The notes beneath the pieces were generated by a model that was not told the origin of the DNA, searched no databases, and worked only from the letters and a program-made list of their open reading frames with translations. This document shows, piece by piece, positions 27,178 through 36,757 of a stretch of 43,002 nt of DNA. Made by a program: the position numbers and the translations under genes. The DNA is taken from the NCBI GenBank assembly GCA_001784435.1, contig MFQZ01000007.1, forward strand, positions 137-43,138, given 5' to 3'. The number at the start of each line of letters is the position of its first letter. Position 1 is the first letter of the stretch. This stretch comes from Candidatus Magasanikbacteria bacterium RIFOXYC2_FULL_42_28 (GTDB lineage: Bacteria; Patescibacteriota; Patescibacteriia; Magasanikbacterales; GWA2-37-8).

Positions 27178-28185
27178 ATGGCTATGTTCAAATCACCTAC
27201 TGTGATGGTCGGATCGCCAGAGTATCATGAATTGACTGGGGTCAAAAGTGATCTGATCTACTTAATGATGAATTTCCCAACCTCATGTTCGTTGCGCTGT
27301 CGGAAATGCGCACTCGCTGGAAAAGGTCGCGAAATGGGTGAGACACTCTCTGGGGAAGAGCGTGTGATGATCATCAAGAAGGCAGTGGAGGCAGGTTGTC
27401 GAACGATGGCCGTGATCGGAGAGGGAGAGCCCACCGAAAACTTCGGCGTCATGGCCGAAGGGATCAACGCGGCTCACGAAGCGGGGATGACAACCATCAT
27501 GTTCACTACGGGCATCGCGCTTGATCGTGAACAGGCAAATTTCTACTGCGACCACGGTGTATCACTATACATCTCGCTGGATTCTCTCCAGCCCCGGGTG
27601 TACCAATACCTCACCGGCAACGGCAACCTCGATCGCGTGCTCACCAACCTCACTGTTCTACGGGCGGTGTATGCCGCTCACCCCTCCCAGCCCATTGCCG
27701 GTAGACGGTTGGTCCGACTCGGAATCAATACGACCGTGTCCGAGAAAAACATCACCGAACTTCCCGCGATTCGCGCCTTTGCCAACGAGGACATACAAGT
27801 CGTCGTTAATCCGCCCATGCGGCGGGGACGACTGACGGGGACAAAGCAGTGGAATCGATTCGTGGCTGACAATGACGAGCAGGAGCGACTCACCGAAGCG
27901 GCGCGAATGGCGAGCGACACTGGCGGCCACACGTCCGTGGCCAATGGTGTTTGTAGTTATTTCGCGCACGGGGTGAGCGTGGACGTAGATGGAGCGTTCG
28001 TCACCTGCGGCTACGCGGGCGAGACGGGGGCCAAGCTCCCGAACGCCACCACGGCCACGGCCGACTACTTCCGCGCGGTCAACGCTCGGATTCGTGCGAC
28101 CTACACCGCCCTCACCGACTACCTCGGCCACGCGCCGTCGTGTCCGGTGCGCGACGGATACGACGACCTCGTCCGCCTCCTGTGA
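27178..28185 (+). CDS. Radical SAM protein with a C-terminal Cys-containing (SPASM/twitch-like) extension
   Basis: CxxxCxxC (CSLRCRKC), GEGEP, ISLDS; C-terminal CSYF..CGY..CPVR; AGGAGG RBS. Confidence 0.88.
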   Translation: MAMFKSPTVMVGSPEYHELTGVKSDLIYLMMNFPTSCSLRCRKCALAGKGREMGETLSGEERVMIIKKAVEAGCRTMAVIGEGEPTENFGVMAEGINAAHEAGMTTIMFTTGIALDREQANFYCDHGVSLYISLDSLQPRVYQYLTGNGNLDRVLTNLTVLRAVYAAHPSQPIAGRRLVRLGINTTVSEKNITELPAIRAFANEDIQVVVNPPMRRGRLTGTKQWNRFVADNDEQERLTEAARMASDTGGHTSVANGVCSYFAHGVSVDVDGAFVTCGYAGETGAKLPNATTATADYFRAVNARIRATYTALTDYLGHAPSCPVRDGYDDLVRLL

Positions 28186-28241
28186 GTTGTAAGTGCGCCC
28201 GACACTTTCCAAACGGGCATCTCACCTTGTGCACAAACGAG

Positions 28242-28277
28242 ACAAAAAACCGAACCAGCAATGGAACGGTTTTTTGT
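28242..28277. terminator. Intrinsic terminator after the radical SAM gene
   Basis: ACAAAAAACCG...CGGTTTTTTGT. Confidence 0.7.
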
Positions 28278-28286
28278 TTGCCACGC

Positions 28287-28323
28287 AACCACCCCCTCGC
28301 CCCCTCCTTAAAAAGGAGGGGGG
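28287..28323. repeat. REP-like palindromic repeat (copy 1, intergenic)
   Basis: AACCACCCCCTCGCCCCCTCCTT-N3-AAGGAGGGG; second copy at 29095-29130. Confidence 0.75.
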
Positions 28324-28335
28324 ATAACAGTAAAA

Positions 28336-31227
28336 TTACATCTTAAAAAATTTCTTTAAAACTACCACAACTTTCTCTCGCTCCCGCAACACCCAACCCA
28401 AACCAATCGCTCCCACCGCACCCAAAACCATATAAATATACGACTTCCCACCACTACTCGCTGTAATTTTCACCCCTTTTACCTCTGGTGCCACACCAAC
28501 CACCTTAATATCATCCGAACCGCGCGGCCAAATTTGAAAATCACCTTTGACATTTTCCAACACTCCAACTATTTCCACTTTATCACCCTCTTTAATTAAT
28601 GCCTTGTCAATTTTCGCGCCGGTTTTTAAAAATATCATTACCTCGCCCGCGCCATTGTCGACATACATATAATTGGATTTTATTTCGGTAATGTCGCCGG
28701 TAATTTTGACTAAACCGCCGAACAAACTTTCGTCTAATTCGTCCAAACCAATTTCAATCGGCATAATTATTTTATCCGCACTGATAACTTTAATATCTTT
28801 CGCACTTCCAGCTCGCACGCGTTTTTGTCCGCTGGCTTCGGATGTCAAACCCGATACTTCTATTTCATCACCCACTTTCAATTCGGGAAAATCTTTTTTA
28901 TTTTGGTAAATTTGAATACCGCCACCCTCGGGAGCGGAAATATAAAAATACTGGCTCCCAAAAATTCCAGGTAATGCCAAGACCACGCCCCGAACTTTTA
29001 CTTTAGCATCTTTGGGTTTGGCGCGGGCGTCGGTTATTGAGTTAGGGGCGAAATAGGCGGCGGTTTTTGCTGTTTTGGTAACGCTGGCGATTTTAACCAC
29101 CCCCTCGCCCCCTCCTTGTAAAGGAGGGGGAAATGACGCGATCACGCCCGGTGAGGGTGCCACCCACTGCCAAATATTTTTTCCTAAACTAAAACTTTTT
29201 CCGGAAATTGCTTTGTCGTATTTTATAAAATCAACTGTGTCACCCGCGGGTGTTAACAAACTTACTTTGCCACCACTATTATTTAACGCAATTTTTGTAG
29301 CCGCGCGATAAAATACCAACGACGTTTGCGGTGCAATATTTGTTTTAACGGGAATTTCAAAAGATTTCGTATCAACCCGCAAAATCCAATTAGCCAAACT
29401 AACCGTCGACGAACCAAAATTAAACAATTCAACATATTCTGTGTCATCGGTTCCGTCCGGATTTGGTAAAATTTCCGTAATACCAACTAACGCATTTTGG
29501 ACAGATAAACCAACGCCAATTTTTACTGATAATTTTTTCATACCACTTGTGCCGGCCGTACTACTGGCGTTTAAAACAACTTCAAAAATTCCCGAGGTGG
29601 TAAATTTATATTCCGCCGTTGGCCCGACAAATTCCGTCCCACTCGCAAATTTCCATAAATAATTTAACTGCCCACCGCGCGGATCAACTGAACCGACAGC
29701 GGAAAATTTCAAAACTTCATCCGGCTCACCAGAATCCGGCGCGACAATTTTCCAAATTATGCCAACGGCATCTTGCTCTTCAATAATATTTTTCGCGCCC
29801 GGAGTCAAAATTGTGCTCCAAAACCAGCCGTTCACGGTACGGTTATAACCGGCATTAGTTTGCGCGCTTTCATACGAAATTTTATCCGCCTCGCGCCCCC
29901 ACGCGTCCGTGAGAACCACACTTTCCGGCGTGGTATTATTCAAAGCGATTCCGGTGTCAGGTCGTTTTAAAATTAAATACCCGCCCGCCGGAATATTGCT
30001 GGATAAACTAAAACTTTTTTCATTATCTTTAATTTTCCACCCGCCCAAATCCACCGCGCTCGTACCAAAATTATACAGCTCAATAAATTCATCATCGTTG
30101 TCGGATCCGGCCGGATCGGGAAAAATTTCGTTTAGCAAAATTGTGGTGGTGGCCGGAGCGGTAGAAGTGGGCGCGACTGCCGGTGGCGGAGCATAAGACG
30201 AACCACCACCTCCGCCAGCTGGTGGCGGTGGCGTCGGCCGAGCGACAATATTATTAGCTCCACCCAAAGTAATCGCGATCGTAATTTGCCAACTGCCCGC
30301 GCCATCAACCGAACGCGCTACACTTTCAGCATCACTCGGTACATTTGAACCAGAGTATTCAACTTGATCAACTTCCTCGCCCAATGGATTTTTTAAAATA
30401 ACTGTATCACCCGGATTGTTCAATAAGCTGCGTGTTCCCAAATCAACTACTAAATAACCATTACCAACGATAATTCCAAAAATACCAACTTCCGGTTTAC
30501 AATATTGGGTAGAAGTAGCATGGATTGTCGATGTCAAATGGCTATCGCAAATAAATCCTCCTGATAAATCATAGGTCGTGGTAGATAAATTATATAATTC
30601 CACTTTTTCATTGACGTTATCTGGTGGCGCAGAAAAAATTTCATTTAATTTTAAATTTTGCCAAAAAGAATAATCAACAAGTATTAAATCTAACGTCGTC
30701 GTTGGTGTCGATGTTGATGATTCAATTACTGTATCTGTCGTTGTAGTAACAGTTGTAGTTGAAATATTTGTAGTCGTAACAAACGAATCATACACATGCG
30801 TACACCAGCTTGACCTCGGCCCATAAGAATAGCAATCAAATATATTTTCAAATAAATACACATCACTTGAAGAACATTTTTTACCCGTACTTGCCGGACT
30901 CAACAATAGACAGTCGCCACTACTATCAGAATTTAAACGATCGCCCAAACCAATGATTACCTCCCCCATTGATTCGATAGTCGTTGACACTGGACTAGTA
31001 TCAATCACGCTAGTCGCATCAAAAAAATCCAACCCACTAATATCCACGCACTGCGCGCTTACATTACGCAAAGTAGCCCAATCTAAAATTGTCGAAGAGT
31101 ACGACACTTCACCAAACTCCAAATCACCTACTTGAGCGGGATTACACACCTCTGCCCCCGCCGGCAAAATTTGCCAAAATAAAAAACCGATTAAAAAACC
31201 GGTTACCAAAAAAATCCTCCTATACAT
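28336..31227 (-). CDS. Large surface protein with lamin-tail domains, a PKD domain, OB folds and a C-terminal TM anchor
   Basis: Signal peptide; repeated NEI.P.P.G.D..E.(I/V)EL.N motifs; PKD-like Y.W.F..G; OB-fold-like segments; Thr/Pro-rich linkers. Confidence 0.8.
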   Translation of the reverse strand: MYRRIFLVTGFLIGFLFWQILPAGAEVCNPAQVGDLEFGEVSYSSTILDWATLRNVSAQCVDISGLDFFDATSVIDTSPVSTTIESMGEVIIGLGDRLNSDSSGDCLLLSPASTGKKCSSSDVYLFENIFDCYSYGPRSSWCTHVYDSFVTTTNISTTTVTTTTDTVIESSTSTPTTTLDLILVDYSFWQNLKLNEIFSAPPDNVNEKVELYNLSTTTYDLSGGFICDSHLTSTIHATSTQYCKPEVGIFGIIVGNGYLVVDLGTRSLLNNPGDTVILKNPLGEEVDQVEYSGSNVPSDAESVARSVDGAGSWQITIAITLGGANNIVARPTPPPPAGGGGGSSYAPPPAVAPTSTAPATTTILLNEIFPDPAGSDNDDEFIELYNFGTSAVDLGGWKIKDNEKSFSLSSNIPAGGYLILKRPDTGIALNNTTPESVVLTDAWGREADKISYESAQTNAGYNRTVNGWFWSTILTPGAKNIIEEQDAVGIIWKIVAPDSGEPDEVLKFSAVGSVDPRGGQLNYLWKFASGTEFVGPTAEYKFTTSGIFEVVLNASSTAGTSGMKKLSVKIGVGLSVQNALVGITEILPNPDGTDDTEYVELFNFGSSTVSLANWILRVDTKSFEIPVKTNIAPQTSLVFYRAATKIALNNSGGKVSLLTPAGDTVDFIKYDKAISGKSFSLGKNIWQWVAPSPGVIASFPPPLQGGGEGVVKIASVTKTAKTAAYFAPNSITDARAKPKDAKVKVRGVVLALPGIFGSQYFYISAPEGGGIQIYQNKKDFPELKVGDEIEVSGLTSEASGQKRVRAGSAKDIKVISADKIIMPIEIGLDELDESLFGGLVKITGDITEIKSNYMYVDNGAGEVMIFLKTGAKIDKALIKEGDKVEIVGVLENVKGDFQIWPRGSDDIKVVGVAPEVKGVKITASSGGKSYIYMVLGAVGAIGLGWVLREREKVVVVLKKFFKM
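29095..29130. repeat. REP-like palindromic repeat (copy 2, in frame inside a CDS)
   Basis: Encodes PPPLQGGGEGVV in the 963-aa protein. Confidence 0.75.
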
Positions 31228-31252
31228 ATTCCCTCCTTGTTAAAAATAAAAT

Positions 31253-33034
31253 TTAAAAATTTATCCAAATTTCCACCGCGTCATCGTGTTCGGACAACCC
31301 GGACGGATTATCTTTTTTCAAAATCAACGCTCCGCGATTATATGGTTCATTTGGTATGGCAAATTCTATTGTCGCCGTAAATGGCACAAAATCTTCCGTC
31401 ATCCACTCGCCTGACGCCGTGGCAAAACTTTCGGCAATAATTTTTCCATCCCAATCCACCAAAATCACCGGGAAACTACCTTCAAAAAACCAGGTGCCAC
31501 GCGCCGAACCGGAAATTGTCAGCGGACTGGTAATATTTTGACCGGTTTGAAAATTTTCCAATTTAATAATTTCGCCTTGATCGCTTTTAAAATTTTCCAA
31601 ACTCTGTTCAGCCGAAACAACTATCTCAGCCGGCGATTTTTTCAACCATCCCATCTTATCCGCCAACACCAAAGAACTAAAAAATCCAAAAAACGCGAAA
31701 ATTAAAATAATCACCACCTTGCGCCACACGGCCGGCCGAAATGGCTTGGCCAATTGCGTATGATTTAGCCAAAATACCAAACCCGTATGCACAAACATCG
31801 CCACCGCGTTTAACACCGCGCCTAACACAATTAAAGTTTTCGGCTCGTGCAACCCGCTCAAAAGCAGTACACACCCAAACCCAATTTGCGCCCACAAAAA
31901 TATATAATAAATTTTACTTAAATTAATATGACCCTCCACATCATTGCCGAGTTTTTTAATGGCCGCGTTTTCCGCCATTATGCGCGAAGTGGAATCCATC
32001 ACGCCCAGTTGGGTTTGAAACAACATCACCACCACCGCCACCAAAAACGCGACACCCAGCGCCCCTCCCACTCGTCCGCCGATCATCGCGCCTTCACTAA
32101 TGACAAAATTTATTCCTTCAGTGTTGCCGGCTAAACCATAGGCCGTGGTGTAGGACAAAAGCATCAGCAACATCATACTCACAGAACCAATAAACCAAAA
32201 TACGAGCAGATGTTCGCGGTTAATCAAACGCCACCAAGATTTAAAAGTGGCAACATTTTCCGGTGTGGCCTCGCAGGAAATTCCACTTAATTTTATTTTT
32301 TGCGTTGCCCCACTTTTAAATAATCCGGCAATTCGCTCACTATATTTCCCCATGCCATATCCTTTTTCTTTCACATAAATTGATTGCGTCAAATTTAAAT
32401 TTCCACCCGCGCCCGAATACGCGAACGCGGCGAAAAACGCGGCCAAACTAATGCCGGCCGGTAAAAAACTAAACCCTTCACCGCGACCAATTAAGCCATT
32501 AAACAATGCCGTCCAATCACTGCCATCACTTAAAAACAAAGCCAATAAAAAAATAAATGGCACGCCGATTAATAAAATTGTTTTGGTGATTTTTTCCATC
32601 ATGCCATAAACCGTCTGGCCGGAAGATAAAATCAAACCAATCAAAATTAAAAATCCCACCGCAATATATTGAAATCCGCCCACTCCCAAAACCGAAGCCG
32701 CCACTTTGGCCGACGCCGCGATGATCCCTGGCAAACCAAACCCGATAAAAGTAGAAAAAATAAACCAATACGCCGCCCCACGCCAAATTTTATTTATCCC
32801 CACAAAAACGCTCTCGCCTTTTAAAAGCGCGTAGCGTTCAATTTCCATATTAATAAAAAATTGGAAGGTTATTCCGACTATCGCGCCCCAAGCAATTCCT
32901 AAACCATAATTAGACACCAGATACGGCCATAAAATCACTTCGCCCGAACCAAGCCCGAGCGCGAGGATTATAAAACTCGGGCCGATTAGTTTTTTTAAGG
33001 GTGGTGGAGGTGGAAAGGGTTGGTTGTTGGACAT
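31253..33034 (-). CDS. Nramp-like (APC fold) transporter fused to a C-terminal Gmad2 Ig-like domain
   Basis: GP..I..ALGLGSGE..LWP membrane domain; C-terminal SPL.I.G.ARG.WFFEGSFP...WMT..FVPF...DNPSG. Confidence 0.78.
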   Translation of the reverse strand: MSNNQPFPPPPPLKKLIGPSFIILALGLGSGEVILWPYLVSNYGLGIAWGAIVGITFQFFINMEIERYALLKGESVFVGINKIWRGAAYWFIFSTFIGFGLPGIIAASAKVAASVLGVGGFQYIAVGFLILIGLILSSGQTVYGMMEKITKTILLIGVPFIFLLALFLSDGSDWTALFNGLIGRGEGFSFLPAGISLAAFFAAFAYSGAGGNLNLTQSIYVKEKGYGMGKYSERIAGLFKSGATQKIKLSGISCEATPENVATFKSWWRLINREHLLVFWFIGSVSMMLLMLLSYTTAYGLAGNTEGINFVISEGAMIGGRVGGALGVAFLVAVVVMLFQTQLGVMDSTSRIMAENAAIKKLGNDVEGHINLSKIYYIFLWAQIGFGCVLLLSGLHEPKTLIVLGAVLNAVAMFVHTGLVFWLNHTQLAKPFRPAVWRKVVIILIFAFFGFFSSLVLADKMGWLKKSPAEIVVSAEQSLENFKSDQGEIIKLENFQTGQNITSPLTISGSARGTWFFEGSFPVILVDWDGKIIAESFATASGEWMTEDFVPFTATIEFAIPNEPYNRGALILKKDNPSGLSEHDDAVEIWINF

Positions 33035-33076
33035 AATTATATAAATTACGTTAATGTAAATATTATAGCATAATAC

Positions 33077-33105
33077 TTGACAAAACCCAAAAAATATGCT
33101 ATAAT
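33077..33105 (+). promoter_or_regulatory. Consensus sigma70 promoter of typA
   Basis: TTGACA-17-TATAAT with extended TG. Confidence 0.85.
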
Positions 33106-33149
33106 GACGCTAATCTTACAATCCCTGCGGGGATTTTTAATTTAAGAAA

Positions 33150-33190
33150 GAGATTCCTCGTCGCCTCTTAAAGGCTCGCTCGGAATGACA
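33150..33190. repeat. REP-like hairpin repeat in the typA 5' UTR
   Basis: GAGATTCCTCGTCGC...GCTCGGAATGACA; resembles a widespread GAGATT...AATGAC repeat (from memory). Single copy in this window. Confidence 0.45.
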
Positions 33191-33206
33191 ACGACACAAA
33201 TTTTAT

Positions 33207-35036
33207 ATGCAAATTCGCAATATCGCCATTATCGCTCACGTTGACCACGGCAAAACCAAATTGACCGATGCTTTGCTTCGTCAAACCGGTATGGTTACCG
33301 ATGATTCGGTCAGTATGGATTCAAACGCTTTGGAACAAGAGCGTGGTATTACGATTTATTCCAAAAATACTTCCCTTTTTTACAAAGACACCAAAATTAA
33401 TATCGTGGACACTCCCGGACACGCTGATTTTGGCTCGGAAGTGGAACGCATTTTGCGCTCCATTGATTGCGTTTTACTCGTTGTTGACGCGCAAGAAGGT
33501 CCGATGCCCCAAACCAAATTCGTGTTGCGCAAATCCTTGGAATTAAATTTAAAACCAATTGTCGTTATTAATAAAATTGACAAACCGGCTGCCCGACCGG
33601 AATGGACGCACGAAAAAGTGCTGGAATTATTTATGGATTTGGGCGCGACCGACGAACAATTAAATTTCACGACCGTTTACGCCATTGCCAAAAACGGCAT
33701 TGCCAAAATGAATTTAGCCGATGAATCCAAGGATTTAACCCCGCTTTTAGACACAATTTTAGCCAAAGTCCCAACCGCGCCGTCTGACACTGCCGCGCCT
33801 TTTGCCTATCAACCGTTTAATTTGGCATACGATAACTACTTGGGGCGCTTGGGTATTGGCCGTATTTATCAAGGGACAATTCACGCCGCGGATAAAGTAT
33901 TTATTAAAAAACATTCCGGTGAAACAATCACCGGACAAATTACCAAATTATTTACTTTTGAGGGCATCATGCGCAAAGAAGTAAAAGAAGCAATCGCGGG
34001 CGACATCGTGATGGTGGCCGGTCTGCCGGAGATTTACATTGGCGACACGCTTTGCACTGATCCTAACCAAGAATTATTGCCAGCCATTAAAATTGATGAA
34101 CCAACTATTTCATTAAATTTTTTAGTCAACAATTCTCCGTTTGCCGGACGCGAAGGTAAATATGTTACCGGCCAACAAATTAAAAAACGTTTGGAAAAAG
34201 AATTAGAAGTAAACGTTGGTTTGAAAATCGATTTTTCCGCCGGCGATTATTTTAAAGTGCAAGGACGCGGTGAATTACACATCGCCATCTTGCTTGAAAA
34301 TATGCGTCGTGAGGATTACGAAATGCAAGTTTCGCAACCGCAAGTAATTATCAAATTTATTGATGGTGTCAAATGCGAACCATTTGAAGAAATTACCATT
34401 GATATTCCCGAGTCTTGCGTCGGCACGGTTATTCAAAAATTATCCGCTCGCAAAGGCCGGATGACCCACATGGGCCCGGAACAAAACCACACCCGCTTAA
34501 TTTTCGAAATTCCCACCCGCGGATTTTTGGGCTATCGCAGTGAATTTGTCGTGGACACGCGCGGTGAAGGTATTATTTGTTCGGAAGTTGTCGGCTTTAA
34601 ACCCTACGCCGGTGATATTGAAAAACGCCAGACCGGTTCAATGATTTCGGGTGAAACCGGCAAAGCGCTTGGATTCTCAATGGCCAATTTACAAGAACGG
34701 GGCGCGTTATTTATCTTAGCAAACACCGAAGTTTACGCCGGTCAAGTAATCGGCAACACCAGCAAAGGCGAAGATATGACCGTCAACCCGACCAAAGGCA
34801 AGCAACTAACCAATATGCGCGCCTCCGGCACCGATGAAGCCATTCAATTAACTCCGCCGGACGAATTAACTTTGGAAAAGGGCTTGGAAGTTATGTCAGA
34901 TGACGAATATTTGGAAGTAACACCCAAAAGCGTGCGCTTACGCAAACAATATTTAACTGAAAATGATCGGGTGCAAGCGAAACGGAAAAAACAAGATATT
35001 GAAAAAAATGCTTTAACGAAAACTATCCCGACTTAG
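33207..35036 (+). CDS. typA: Translational GTPase TypA/BipA
   Basis: Motifs RNIAIIAHVDHGKT, DTPGHADF, GRGELH and KQLTNMRASG.DE. Confidence 0.97.
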   Translation: MQIRNIAIIAHVDHGKTKLTDALLRQTGMVTDDSVSMDSNALEQERGITIYSKNTSLFYKDTKINIVDTPGHADFGSEVERILRSIDCVLLVVDAQEGPMPQTKFVLRKSLELNLKPIVVINKIDKPAARPEWTHEKVLELFMDLGATDEQLNFTTVYAIAKNGIAKMNLADESKDLTPLLDTILAKVPTAPSDTAAPFAYQPFNLAYDNYLGRLGIGRIYQGTIHAADKVFIKKHSGETITGQITKLFTFEGIMRKEVKEAIAGDIVMVAGLPEIYIGDTLCTDPNQELLPAIKIDEPTISLNFLVNNSPFAGREGKYVTGQQIKKRLEKELEVNVGLKIDFSAGDYFKVQGRGELHIAILLENMRREDYEMQVSQPQVIIKFIDGVKCEPFEEITIDIPESCVGTVIQKLSARKGRMTHMGPEQNHTRLIFEIPTRGFLGYRSEFVVDTRGEGIICSEVVGFKPYAGDIEKRQTGSMISGETGKALGFSMANLQERGALFILANTEVYAGQVIGNTSKGEDMTVNPTKGKQLTNMRASGTDEAIQLTPPDELTLEKGLEVMSDDEYLEVTPKSVRLRKQYLTENDRVQAKRKKQDIEKNALTKTIPT

Positions 35037-35049
35037 TCGGGATAGTTTT
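35019..35049. terminator. Bidirectional terminator between typA and the MATE gene
   Basis: AAAACTATCCCGAC-TTA-GTCGGGATAGTTTT; overlaps the typA stop codon. Confidence 0.85.
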
Positions 35050-35050
35050 T

Positions 35051-36427
35051 TTATATCATCTCAACACTTTTTGGCACCTCGGCCGGCATTGGTTTATGAA
35101 GACGGCTAAAACTGCGTTTGAAAACAAAATAAGTTATCGCCGTTGCTAAAATATCCGTAACCGGAAAAGACGCGTACAAACCATTTAAGCCAAAAAACAA
35201 CGGCAAAATTAACATTAAAGGAATTAAAAATATCACTTGGCGTAAAGTGGACAAAAACAACGCTTCGCCCGCTGATCCAATCGCTTGATAAAAAGCGCCG
35301 GCGACCAATTGAAACCCAAGTAGCGGATAGGCCAGCACAAACACCCGCATTAAATTTTTGCCAGCCGATAATAATTCCGGGTCGCTGGAAAAAATACCCA
35401 ACAGTTGCGTGGGAAATAAAATCATTATCACAAAAGCCACGACGGAAATAATTGTGCTCACTTTAATTGTCAAGCGCGTTACTTCTTTTACTCGCGCCAA
35501 ATTACCCGCGCCATAATTCATCCCGGCAATCGGTTGCATCCCTTGGAGCACGCCAAAAATCGGCATAAACACTAACATCGTCAATCGCAAAATTATTCCA
35601 AACGCGGCAATGGCAATTTCCGTCGCGTAACGCACGAGCGAGATATTCAACACCACCATCATCACCGAACTCGAGGCCTGACGAGCAAAGGCCGACGCGC
35701 CGATATACAGCCCTTCTTTTAAAAGCGCGGGCTTGAATTTAAAATCCGCAATCTTCATTTCCAAATGCCGTCCTCTACCAAAAATACACCACCCCACATA
35801 AATACTGCCGATAAACCAAGAAATAAAAGTCGCCCAGGCCACGCCGGCAATACCCCAATGAAACCAAAAAACAAAAATCGGATCCAAAATTAAATTTATT
35901 ACCGCGCCAATTACCATCCCAATCATCGCTCGCTTGGCATCGCCAAAAGCGCGCACAATCGCGTTACCACCCGAAGCCACTACAAAAAATATTGTGCCGA
36001 GCATCACAATCCAAGCATACTCATAAGCAAAAAGAAGGATATCAGGCGTCGCGCCAAAAATTACCAAAAGGGGCCGTAACCAAATCAAAATTAAAATAAT
36101 TAACGGCACACTCACAGAAACACTCACCGAAACATAATTTCCCAAGGCCTCTTGCGCCCGCCGATAATTTTTCTCTCCGAGCGAACGCGAAATAATAGAA
36201 GCAAATCCCAAACCAACGGACTGGGCAAACGCGCCCACGATCATAATTAATGGCAACGACACCGCCACGCCCGCGAGAGCCAAAGTCCCCACGCCCCGTC
36301 CCACAAAAATTGTATCGGCCAAATTATATAACGTAATCACAAACATCCCCACCACAGCGGGCAAAGATTGCTTCCAAAGCAATCTGGGAATAGGTTCTTC
36401 TAAAAATTGTTTTTCTTGCGGACGCAT
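35051..36427 (-). CDS. MATE family efflux transporter (MepA-like)
   Basis: Motifs LYNLADTIFVG, N.ILDP.F and QPI.G.NYGA. Confidence 0.93.
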   Translation of the reverse strand: MRPQEKQFLEEPIPRLLWKQSLPAVVGMFVITLYNLADTIFVGRGVGTLALAGVAVSLPLIMIVGAFAQSVGLGFASIISRSLGEKNYRRAQEALGNYVSVSVSVSVPLIILILIWLRPLLVIFGATPDILLFAYEYAWIVMLGTIFFVVASGGNAIVRAFGDAKRAMIGMVIGAVINLILDPIFVFWFHWGIAGVAWATFISWFIGSIYVGWCIFGRGRHLEMKIADFKFKPALLKEGLYIGASAFARQASSSVMMVVLNISLVRYATEIAIAAFGIILRLTMLVFMPIFGVLQGMQPIAGMNYGAGNLARVKEVTRLTIKVSTIISVVAFVIMILFPTQLLGIFSSDPELLSAGKNLMRVFVLAYPLLGFQLVAGAFYQAIGSAGEALFLSTLRQVIFLIPLMLILPLFFGLNGLYASFPVTDILATAITYFVFKRSFSRLHKPMPAEVPKSVEMI

Positions 36428-36542
36428 AATTTTATTTTATTATGCCAGTATATCACAAAAATAACCAAAACAAAAACCCCCAATTACGGGGGCTTTGAAC
36501 GCAAAACTTAGGTTTCAACCTTAGTTCCACTATAGACCGCTA

Positions 36543-36638
36543 TTAAGCAGTTGCTTCGTCAGAAGCGGCTGGGGCGTCGGTGGTAGGTTCAGCCGCCGGA
36601 GTGGCAGTTGTATCTTCACCATCAAAATTGGTAATCAT
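36543..36638 (-). CDS. Putative 31-aa acidic peptide MITNFDGEDTTATPAAEPTTDAPAASDEATA
   Basis: ORF between a TTGACA-17-TATACT promoter (36698-36726) and a terminator (about 36472-36496). Confidence 0.55.
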   Translation of the reverse strand: MITNFDGEDTTATPAAEPTTDAPAASDEATA

Positions 36639-36757
36639 AAGATTACAAGATTATGAATTAGCGCCTGCCAACTAGTGGTAGTTGACATAACCTATATAGT
36701 ATAGCACATTTTGACTATTTTGTCAAGGGTTTGGCTAAATTAAGCGGAAAATTAGGA

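Noticed and set aside
27258-28346. Several overlapping alternative-frame ORFs over the radical SAM gene
   Set aside because: These are the expected by-product of high GC content with few stop codons; none has motifs.
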